Source: Escherichia coli
GTDB lineage: Bacteria > Pseudomonadota > Gammaproteobacteria > Enterobacterales > Enterobacteriaceae
Strand: one strand, 5' to 3'
Assembly (NCBI RefSeq): GCF_040763135.1
Contig: NZ_CP144885.1
DNA length: 32,000 nt
How positions within the stretch are numbered: position 1 is the first letter of the stretch; every line of letters starts with the position of its first letter. Below are positions 23,524-30,672 of the stretch, one piece after another. A program made the translations under genes and the position numbers. Under the pieces are notes generated by a model, which searched no databases, had not been told where the DNA came from, and saw nothing but the letters and a program-made list of their open reading frames with translations.

Positions 23524-24315
23524 TTAGAACCCCTCAGACGGGCCGCGTGTATTTTCACGGCTGCGGAATTGCTGTTCGGAGGCATCGCTAACGGACTGTC
23601 GTTCGTTTTGCTGCGCCATGTAGTTGCCTTGCAGGGTGATCTGTGTGGCCACCAGATCGCGCAGCTTCTGGAGCTGCTGCACGTTCTGCGCCGCAATCTC
23701 GTTCCCTGCTTGAATGGCCTGCTGGCGACCAACGGCCGACTGTGAACGGCTTACCAACTGGTCCAGCATCGCGTTCTCATCCTCGAATGTGCGGGTATTC
23801 ACGCCAGCGGCCTGCATGGCCGTGCGGGCGTTATCGAAGCCGGATTGTGCCCAGTCCCGATAGCGCTGCGACATGTTGTTTTGCCCTTGGCCAATCGAGT
23901 TCAGATAGCTGTCATAGCCCTTGAACTGCTGGCGAAACTGTTCGTCCAGATTGCTGATGTTGCGGCCGAGCGACTGCGCCGAGTTGTAGACGCTGGCCAC
24001 GCGCTGGAGGTCGCCAGTGATGGTGTTGAACATGCGGCTGGGCAGTGACATGCCCTGCTTAATCATGTTGTCGTACTGCTGGATCTGCGTCTGCAACTGC
24101 TGCGCGGTGTTCAGTTGCGTATTCACCGCTTCGGCGTATTCGTACATCTGCTGATAGAACGTAGAGCAGTTCGAGCAGTAGATGGCATAGGCCGGAGCCG
24201 GTGCCATGTAGAGACTTACACCAAGGCCTGCGCTCGCCATTGCTAGAGCGAGCGCCGCGCCTCGACCGAATTTTCGGGCGGCATAAGCCGACGTTTTTTG
24301 CGATTCCATTTCCAT
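23524..24315 (-). CDS. trbJ: P-type conjugative transfer protein TrbJ (VirB5-like)
   Basis: 263 aa; signal peptide, IYCSNCSTFYQQMYEYAEAVNTQLNTAQQLQTQIQQYDNMIKQG, coiled-coil content. Confidence 0.88.
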   Translation of the reverse strand: MEMESQKTSAYAARKFGRGAALALAMASAGLGVSLYMAPAPAYAIYCSNCSTFYQQMYEYAEAVNTQLNTAQQLQTQIQQYDNMIKQGMSLPSRMFNTITGDLQRVASVYNSAQSLGRNISNLDEQFRQQFKGYDSYLNSIGQGQNNMSQRYRDWAQSGFDNARTAMQAAGVNTRTFEDENAMLDQLVSRSQSAVGRQQAIQAGNEIAAQNVQQLQKLRDLVATQITLQGNYMAQQNERQSVSDASEQQFRSRENTRGPSEGF

Positions 24316-24539
24316 ACCGAATACCTCATTTTGTCATCGTCCGAGGTTTGATTATTGACCGATATGGAGCGGTTTTAAATATGCGGATAATCTTGTATCC
24401 GCATAGAATTCAATGATTTATGTCCGTAAACTGTCCGTCAATCTTCACGAGATTGTTTCTCAACGCTATGATTTTGATCGCGTTTTTCTTGACGCGTGAA
24501 AGGGGCTCGGCTGTCCGGTTTGATACGTTTTGCGGACAA

Positions 24540-24568
24540 AAAAAGCCCACCGAAGTGAGCTTTTGATA
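24540..24568 (-). terminator. Terminator for the 24584-25020 operon (minus strand)
   Basis: Reverse complement AAAAGCTCACTTCGGTGGGCTTTTTT; same hairpin class as the terminator after int. Confidence 0.7.
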
Positions 24569-24583
24569 AGGCGGTGCGCGGCG

Positions 24584-24814
24584 TCAGTGGGCAGCGTAAT
24601 AGGGATTCTGTGCGCGATAAAGGTCACGCTCCGGTTCAGGGATGTGTAGCGTTTCAAGGTGCCACTCTTCGAGTGAAGAAGCCAGCTCGGCCGCTATGCG
24701 CTGGGCTTCCATAACGCTCTTGCTAGGCCGTCCACTGGCTCGACCGAGGCAGGCTTGCAGTTCGTTGAGTTGATTGGCCAATGCGCTGATGCGGTGAGCT
24801 GTCTTCATGATCAA
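24584..24814 (-). CDS. Small mobilization-region protein, TraD-like (tentative)
   Basis: 76 aa; overlaps the start of the stop-adjacent upstream gene (24811..25020), same operon next to oriT. Confidence 0.5.
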   Translation of the reverse strand: MIMKTAHRISALANQLNELQACLGRASGRPSKSVMEAQRIAAELASSLEEWHLETLHIPEPERDLYRAQNPYYAAH

Positions 24815-25020
24815 TTCCCCTTGCTAATCCTTTCCACGATTTTGTCGAATTCTTCTCGGACTTGATCGTCCGTAAGCTCAAGATTAACCAATCCTGACTT
24901 TATTGCAATTCTTCCGATTCTTTCGGCTGCCTCATTGTCGAGTTTTGCCAATCTGGCTTTCGCCATTTCAAGCTCCGAAAGGGCATCAGAACGGCGCTCT
25001 GCGAGGGTTTTTCGTGCCAT
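24811..25020 (-). CDS. Small mobilization accessory protein, TraC/TraD-like (tentative)
   Basis: 69 aa; MARKTLAERRSDALSELEMAKARLAKLDNEAAERIGRIAIKSGLVNLELTDDQVREEFDKIVERISKGN, typical charged-helix mobilization accessory profile. Confidence 0.55.
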   Translation of the reverse strand: MARKTLAERRSDALSELEMAKARLAKLDNEAAERIGRIAIKSGLVNLELTDDQVREEFDKIVERISKGN

Positions 25021-25210
25021 GATTACTCCGTTGTTTCTTGATGATCGAGTTTCGAAAAAAGCGCGTAAACGGAGGCTATGTTCTCACCCGGGTCGAGCAA
25101 TTTACAAGACTTAGATTTGGCTGGCCTAGCTGATGGCCTATCAAAGCCCCCTCCTTTTGGTGTCAGTCCGTCCTTGATGCTCATGAACTCAGTCGGAAAC
25201 GCGTTTTTAT

Positions 25211-25320
25211 GCGAATGTATGCGATTCTATGCGATTAGAAGAATTGATTAATGCGATGCTACGCGAGTGTATGCGAATTAGCGCGAATGTACGCGATTAC
25301 GCCATATTTTACTGGCGATT
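25211..25320 (+). repeat. 10-bp-periodic GCGA(A/T)T array next to oriT
   Basis: GCGA starts at 25211, 25221, 25231, 25253, 25263, 25273, 25283, 25293 and 25315. Confidence 0.8.
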
Positions 25321-25352
25321 CTGCTCCAGTCGCATAGAATCGCAGAGAGGTA

Positions 25353-25395
25353 GCGGGCAGGATGTGTGTTGTACGGGTATGGGCAAGCCCGTCCC
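25353..25395 (-). other. oriT: Putative oriT nic region and adjacent inverted repeat (RK2/P-type-like)
   Basis: Minus strand reads ACGGGCTTGCCCATACCCGT-ACAACACAC-ATCCTG-CCCGC; ATCCTG|C matches the P-type nic consensus, with an IR a few bp upstream as in RK2. Confidence 0.72.
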
Positions 25396-25506
25396 CATCC
25401 ACCACCGCCCCTTACTCGCCTGCGGCTCGACTGCATCTTGCTCTGCGAGGCACACAGACGCTGCCGCGTTCAAGTGCGTAATTGTCCACAATAGGAGTTG
25501 ATCATC

Positions 25507-25881
25507 ATGAGCGAAGTGATGGCACCAAAAGATACGGCGGCGCGGCGGCGTGGTAAGCCCATAGAGGTCTGGGTAACGGATGAGGAAAAAGCTGCCATTA
25601 CAGAGCTAGCTGACCAAACTGGCTTGTCTCGTTCCGCTTACTTGCGCGCCGTTGGTCTGAACAGACCGGTCGGAGCACGGGCCGATCTTGAGGCAGTGCG
25701 CGAGTTGGTGAAGCTGAATGGCGATCTTGGCCGGGTAGCTGGCCTATTGAAACTCTGGCTCGCGGAAAAGCGCGGTCAAGGTGCAAAACCCATAGACGTC
25801 GAGCGGATGATGATCGATTTCCGCGAATTGCAGGTAGGGATTCGAGAGCAGATGAGTGCTATCGTCTTTACTCGGAAATGA
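25507..25881 (+). CDS. traJ: TraJ-like oriT-recognition / relaxosome accessory protein (ribbon-helix-helix)
   Basis: KPIEVWVTDEEKAAITELADQTGLSRSAYLRAVGLNRPVGARADLEAVRELVKLNGDLGRVAGLLKLWL; adjacent to the nic-like site. Confidence 0.8.
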   Translation: MSEVMAPKDTAARRRGKPIEVWVTDEEKAAITELADQTGLSRSAYLRAVGLNRPVGARADLEAVRELVKLNGDLGRVAGLLKLWLAEKRGQGAKPIDVERMMIDFRELQVGIREQMSAIVFTRK

Positions 25882-25882
25882 C

Positions 25883-25910
25883 AAACGGCCCATGCGGGCC
25901 GTTTCGGTTT
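25883..25910 (+). terminator. Terminator after traJ
   Basis: AAACGGCCC-ATGC-GGGCCGTTT, perfect 9-bp stem; followed by CGGTTTTTCGC. Confidence 0.7.
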
Positions 25911-25921
25911 TTCGCTTTTGA

Positions 25922-26044
25922 TACTTATTCGAGGATGGCCGGGTTGTGCGGCCCCTTGTGGTGGTGCTTTGTGGGGGCGACAAGAGCAGCCAGGAGCGAG
26001 ATATTGCCATAGCCAAGACCATTGCAGTGCAGTGGACGGAGTGA
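25922..26044 (+). pseudogene. C-terminal remnant of a RelE/HigB-type toxin
   Basis: Frame ending at TGA 26042-26044 encodes ...LVVLCGGDKSSQERDIAIAKTIAVQWTE*, a typical killer-protein C-terminus; in-frame stop at 25919-25921 and no start-proximal two thirds. Confidence 0.7.
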
Positions 26045-26049
26045 CCACG

Positions 26050-26361
26050 ATGGAAGTCAAATTCAGCTGCTATGACACAGCGGACTATCTGAAGACCGAG
26101 GCTGATATTACGGCCTATCTGGATGCTGTGATGGAGGACGGCGCCCCATCACTGATCGCGGCGGCGCTTGGAGACTTGACCCGCGCCCGCAACCTTAGCC
26201 AGCTTGCCCGCGAGGTGGGAATGAGTCGCCAAGGACTGGACAAGGCTCTTTCAGGCGATGGCGACCCTAGCTTCGCAACCGTGGTGAAAGTCACCCAAGC
26301 GATTGGTCTGCGGTTCACGTTCAAGCCGACTCACGGCGGGCCCGCACCGGCCGGGTACTGA
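26050..26361 (+). CDS. HigA-family addiction-module antidote (HTH antitoxin)
   Basis: 103 aa; MEVKFSCYDTADYLKTEADITAYLDAVMEDGAPSLIAAALGDLTRARNLSQLAREVGMSRQGLDKALSGDGDPSFATVVKVTQAIGLRFTFKP. Confidence 0.88.
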   Translation: MEVKFSCYDTADYLKTEADITAYLDAVMEDGAPSLIAAALGDLTRARNLSQLAREVGMSRQGLDKALSGDGDPSFATVVKVTQAIGLRFTFKPTHGGPAPAGY

Positions 26362-26467
26362 TAGCCTGCGGGCTGCGTTTTGGATTGCGCAATCCAAAGC
26401 GAGGCGCTGAAATTGTCTTGGATTACCGCATGGTTTATTGTGATCGGGGAAAGGAGGACGGCACCAA

Positions 26468-26707
26468 ATGAAAGACAGATCGCACGACACGGTGATGGCT
26501 GAGTGCTTCCGCGCTGATCCGCACTATGCAGCAGAGCTGCTGGCCGAGGTCCGCCGCGAGGGCAATCCGGCCGAGCTAGCCATTCTGTTGCGGCAGATGA
26601 CTACGGCTTCGGTAGATGTTGCGGGACTGGATGACACCGAAACGGACCGGGCGACTAGCGCAGATTTTGAGGAAGCTATGAGGGCCCTACGTCAAGCATG
26701 TGGCTGA
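26468..26707 (+). CDS. Short protein resembling the N-terminus of antitoxin/XRE-like regulators but lacking the HTH
   Basis: 79 aa; AECFRADPHYAAELLAEVRREGNPAELAILLRQMTTASVDVAGL; preceded by ggaggac. Confidence 0.55.
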   Translation: MKDRSHDTVMAECFRADPHYAAELLAEVRREGNPAELAILLRQMTTASVDVAGLDDTETDRATSADFEEAMRALRQACG

Positions 26708-26930
26708 TGATGTTTTGAGGTAATGCGCAAATGAAGGAGGGGGGCCAGTGGCCGCCTTTTTACTTCTCATTGGGGACCAGTTTCGGCCCTACTGGTGGTG
26801 TATCGTTGCAACCGTCATGTTCGGAAAACGGTGGTTTTCTGAACGGATGAAAACATCGCAATTTTTCATCGTGAGAACCGCTTGAAAGTGTTAACATATC
26901 CGTCAAGTTTTCAATGTCCTGGTTGCGTCC

Positions 26931-27500
26931 ATGAATCAACGTATAGGGTACGTTCGCGTATCAACCGACGACCAGCACCTGGACCTACAGCGCGACGCGC
27001 TTCAGCAGGCCGGATGCGGCGTTATCTACGAAGAAGCGGCTAGCGGCAAGAACACGGCTCGACCAGAGTTTGAACAGTGTCGCAAGGCGCTTCGGGCAGG
27101 GGACACCCTTGTGGTTTGGCGGCTGGATCGTCTCGGGCGCAGCCTGCCCGACCTAGTGCGGATAGTGGCTGAACTTGAGAAGTGCGGCGTTGGACTCGAG
27201 AGCTTGACGGAGAAGATTGAGACAGGCAGTGCAGCGGGCAAGCTGGTTTTTCATGTTTTCGCAGCGCTAGCCGAGTTCGAGCGCGGCTTGATCCGAGAGC
27301 GGACGCAAGCTGGTCTGATCGCAGCTCGTGCTCGTGGCCGGGCCGGTGGTCGTAAGCCTAAGCTGGATGATCAACAGGTGCGGGAGATCAAGGCTCTTTT
27401 GCGCGATCCGGACATGCGGGTTGCCGAGGTGGCTCGACGTTATGATGTTTCTCGCACCACCCTTTACAAGTACGTCGGTATTGTTACGCCGCGCCAATGA
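26931..27500 (+). CDS. Serine recombinase of the resolvase/invertase family
   Basis: 189 aa; RIGYVRVSTDDQHLDLQRDAL, VWRLDRLGRSLPDLV, GLIRERTQAGLIAARARGRAGGRKPKL, C-terminal HTH RYDVSRTTLYKYV. Confidence 0.95.
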   Translation: MNQRIGYVRVSTDDQHLDLQRDALQQAGCGVIYEEAASGKNTARPEFEQCRKALRAGDTLVVWRLDRLGRSLPDLVRIVAELEKCGVGLESLTEKIETGSAAGKLVFHVFAALAEFERGLIRERTQAGLIAARARGRAGGRKPKLDDQQVREIKALLRDPDMRVAEVARRYDVSRTTLYKYVGIVTPRQ

Positions 27501-27512
27501 GGATTGGAAATA

Positions 27513-29669
27513 ATGACTGAAAGATTGAATATCACGCGTGGTGTAAACAAGAAGCCGGTTGCTACCGACGCCTTGGAGCAAAGTCTCGATATATTGCGGG
27601 ACTTACAGGGTGACGTCTTTACAGGCTATCCGTTGATCGCTACGCCAGATGGAAAATATTCGATTGATGCTACTTTGGTGAGCCCATCGAAGGGCATTGT
27701 TTTATTCGATTTGATCGAAGGGCCAGACGTTGGTGAGTATGCAGAACGTCAAGACGATTTGGCAAACAAGATTGAAGCGCGATTGAAGTTGCACCGTGAG
27801 CTGGTCAAGGGGCGTCAGTTGCTGGTGCCACTGTCAGTGATTTCATTTGCTCCAGGAATAAATAATATAGAGGCTGTAGCCGTAGAGAACTATCCCCTCG
27901 TGAATGAGCACGGCCTTGCTGCTGCTCTTAACGAACTGAATTGGGTCAATGGGAATAATGATCTATACAGGATGACGCTCTCGGCTATCGAGAGCCTCAG
28001 CAGTATTAGGAAAAGTCGCTCTAAGCGTGAGGTTCATCGCTTAGATTCGCGAGGAGCTAAGCTCAAGCGTCTAGAAGATTCCATTGCGACGCTCGATCAT
28101 CGGCAGAATAAAGCTGTTATTGAGACAGTGGATGGCGTTCAGCGTATTCGAGGATTGGCTGGATCTGGAAAAACCATTGTGCTGGCGCTCAAGGCTGCCT
28201 ATTTGCATACGCAGTACCCAGATTGGCGCATTGCTGTAACTTTCCATACCCGCTCTCTGAAAGGGCAGTTTCGCCGTTTAATTAATAACTTCTGCATAGA
28301 ACAGAGTGGTGAAGAGCCAGACTGGACGAAGATTCGTATTATCAATGCCTGGGGGGCTCCAGGTGGGGATGCTAGGGATGGTATTTACTATGAATATTGC
28401 CGAGCAACGGGAACAGAGTTTTTAGATTTCAGTAACGCATCTGGCAGATTTGGAGGAAATGAGCGAGCTTTTGATGGAGCTTGCCAGGCTGCACTGGCAA
28501 ATGCTTCTGATGCTGCGCATCTTTACGACGTGATTCTTGCGGATGAAGCGCAAGATTTTGCCCCCAGTTTCTTGAAGCTTTGTTATTCAATGCTGAAGCC
28601 GCCAAAGCGATTAGTTTACGCCTACGATGAGCTTCAGAACCTCTCTGGAACTTCTCTTCCTCCGCCAGAAGAAATTTTTGGCAATGATGCGGCTGGACGG
28701 CCTCTAGTTACGTTTGGTGATGACCGTAGGCGAGATGTGATTCTGCAGAAATGCTACCGAAACTCTCGTCCTGTGTTGGTGTCGGCCCACGGTCTTGGCT
28801 TCGGCATTTACAGAGAAGCTCCGCAAGGAGCTCCGACCGGATTGGTCCAGATGTTCGACTATCCGGCGCTATGGGAAGAGATCGGATACAAGGTTAAGAG
28901 TGGGCAATTGGCGAAGGGTCAGCATATCGTTCTTGAACGTACAACGGAAACTAGCCCGAGATTTTTGGAAGAGCATTCAGATATTAACGATCTCGTCCAA
29001 TTCATCAAGTTTGATGATGAGGCGCAACAGAACGCATGGTTAGTTCAGCAGATCCAGAGCAATTTGACAGTGGACGAACTTCGCCACGACGACATCATTG
29101 TTATTCACTCAGATCCTCGAACTGCTCGTAGCAGTACTGGCCCAATCCGTAGGAAGCTCTTCGAAGCGGGAGTTCAGACCCATTTGGCCGGTGTAGATAC
29201 GGATGCGGACGTATTCTTCCGAACAGATACTCCGTCAGTAACTTTCACTGGAATTTACCGTGCTAAAGGGAATGAGGCTGGCATGGTTTATGTCATCAAT
29301 GCTCAGGATTGCAATGGTTCCGGTCCAGGTCTTTCTAGTTTGCGAAATCGCCTTTTCACGGCGATCACTCGGAGTAAGGCATGGGTACGTGTGATAGGTT
29401 ATGGGCCGCGTATGCAGGAGCTGATTGAGGAGTTTAATGCTTTGAAACAGAGTGGCTTTGTCTTGGATTTTACATATCCAGATGAGGCCCTGTTGAGCAA
29501 GTTGCGCATTGTTCATCGTGATTTGTCACCACAAGAGCGGCAACGTCTTGAGAAAAGAAAGAGTCAACTTGCTGATCTGCTGGGTGATTTGGAGAGTGGT
29601 GAGCTGCATCCGGAAGACCTTGATGACATAACTCGCGAGAAGCTAAAAAAACTCCTCGGGGGGGCATGA
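27513..29669 (+). CDS. SF1 (UvrD-like) helicase / ATP-binding protein with divergent NERD-like N-terminal domain
   Basis: Walker A GLAGSGKT; Walker B VILADEAQD; QKCYRNSRPVL; TGIYRAKGNEAGMVYVI; NRLFTAITRSKAWVRVIG. N-terminus DATLVSPSKGIVLFDLIEG. Confidence 0.85.
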   Translation: MTERLNITRGVNKKPVATDALEQSLDILRDLQGDVFTGYPLIATPDGKYSIDATLVSPSKGIVLFDLIEGPDVGEYAERQDDLANKIEARLKLHRELVKGRQLLVPLSVISFAPGINNIEAVAVENYPLVNEHGLAAALNELNWVNGNNDLYRMTLSAIESLSSIRKSRSKREVHRLDSRGAKLKRLEDSIATLDHRQNKAVIETVDGVQRIRGLAGSGKTIVLALKAAYLHTQYPDWRIAVTFHTRSLKGQFRRLINNFCIEQSGEEPDWTKIRIINAWGAPGGDARDGIYYEYCRATGTEFLDFSNASGRFGGNERAFDGACQAALANASDAAHLYDVILADEAQDFAPSFLKLCYSMLKPPKRLVYAYDELQNLSGTSLPPPEEIFGNDAAGRPLVTFGDDRRRDVILQKCYRNSRPVLVSAHGLGFGIYREAPQGAPTGLVQMFDYPALWEEIGYKVKSGQLAKGQHIVLERTTETSPRFLEEHSDINDLVQFIKFDDEAQQNAWLVQQIQSNLTVDELRHDDIIVIHSDPRTARSSTGPIRRKLFEAGVQTHLAGVDTDADVFFRTDTPSVTFTGIYRAKGNEAGMVYVINAQDCNGSGPGLSSLRNRLFTAITRSKAWVRVIGYGPRMQELIEEFNALKQSGFVLDFTYPDEALLSKLRIVHRDLSPQERQRLEKRKSQLADLLGDLESGELHPEDLDDITREKLKKLLGGA

Positions 29670-29672
29670 ATT

Positions 29673-30341
29673 ATGGTGCTGACCCCGAATGCTATCAAAA
29701 AAGATATTGATGGATTAATTTCTGATTTGATAGAAAAAGGCGTTTGTGATGATTCAAATTTTTCTGCGATTCGACCGCATGGCCGTATGGTTGATGTTAC
29801 CTTCAGCGGTTCAGAGCATGTCTCCATTGCATTGGGCGATATCGAATACGCCGAGATTTATCGCGAGCTAGCAGATAAGCGTTCATTCAACATGAAGCTG
29901 GTCGATGGCGCATTGCTTCAGATAATGTACCGAGTGGAAGGTGCTGTTCTGCTACAGCACAGGCTTGCCTTTTACCCTTCCCCAAGTCTGTTGCCATTTC
30001 AAGATGATCCGGATGCGTACATGCGCGACGAACTGTTCATTGAGATTGTTCAACGCAGAATTGTTCCATTTCCGTTACGTTTTGATTTTGATGCGCGAGA
30101 AGGTGTTCATGTCGATGCTGTTCATCCCAAAAGCCATCTTACGCTGGGCGATGTAAAAGGTTGCCGTATTCCCGTATCAGCGCCAGTGACACCACGTTGG
30201 TTTGTTGAATTTATTTTGCGCAATTTCTACCAAACGGAGAGGCATGATTTCATTAGCGGCCTGCCAAGGCACCAGATAAAATTTCCAGCGTCTATCACTC
30301 CGAATGAGATGGGACTTATGCACATGTTCATTCCATACTAA
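29673..30341 (+). CDS. Hypothetical protein, possible DUF2290-like family, partner of the helicase
   Basis: 222 aa; starts 3 nt after the helicase stop; motifs RFDFD...HPKSHLTLGDVKGCRIPVSAPVTPRWFVEFILRNFY. Family name recalled, not searched. Confidence 0.6.
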   Translation: MVLTPNAIKKDIDGLISDLIEKGVCDDSNFSAIRPHGRMVDVTFSGSEHVSIALGDIEYAEIYRELADKRSFNMKLVDGALLQIMYRVEGAVLLQHRLAFYPSPSLLPFQDDPDAYMRDELFIEIVQRRIVPFPLRFDFDAREGVHVDAVHPKSHLTLGDVKGCRIPVSAPVTPRWFVEFILRNFYQTERHDFISGLPRHQIKFPASITPNEMGLMHMFIPY

Positions 30342-30357
30342 ACAAAGAGGATAGGAC

Positions 30358-30585
30358 ATGAGAGGATTGAAACTAGAGAGTTACGCAGAGCCGTTCTTCA
30401 TCACTCAGGAAATTGAGACGGAGCTGATCGCGACGGGCTATGAGTTTGAGCCGCCGCCCGTTGCCTGCACTGGGCGTCTGCGCGACGTGCTGGAGCGTAT
30501 GAGCGATGCTGAGCTGGCATTGCAGCCGAGGATTGCCGACCAGGAGCGCAAGCATCGACAGAACAAGCCATTTTCAGTCGGCTAA
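30358..30585 (+). CDS. Small hypothetical protein, third gene of the cargo cassette
   Basis: 75 aa; 16 nt after the preceding stop, same strand, preceded by a purine-rich stretch (agaggatagg). Confidence 0.55.
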   Translation: MRGLKLESYAEPFFITQEIETELIATGYEFEPPPVACTGRLRDVLERMSDAELALQPRIADQERKHRQNKPFSVG

Positions 30586-30672
30586 TTTTGGCATGGTATT
30601 TTTCGTGGCATTGCTCAGATATATTTTTTTAAGTGATTGTAAATAAATAGGGTTTTTTTACCATTTACAATC

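Noticed and set aside
23643-24048. Plus-strand ORFs opposite trbJ
   Set aside because: High-GC shadow ORFs; TrbJ on the opposite strand has clear signal-peptide and family features.
25211-25320. Periodic GCGA motifs as tandem coding repeat or CRISPR
   Set aside because: 10-bp period is not compatible with CRISPR, and no convincing ORF covers it.
17093-30672. sul2 or arsenic resistance cargo expected by analogy with GIsul2-type islands
   Set aside because: No dihydropteroate synthase or ars-type ORF is present; the accessory position holds the helicase cassette instead.
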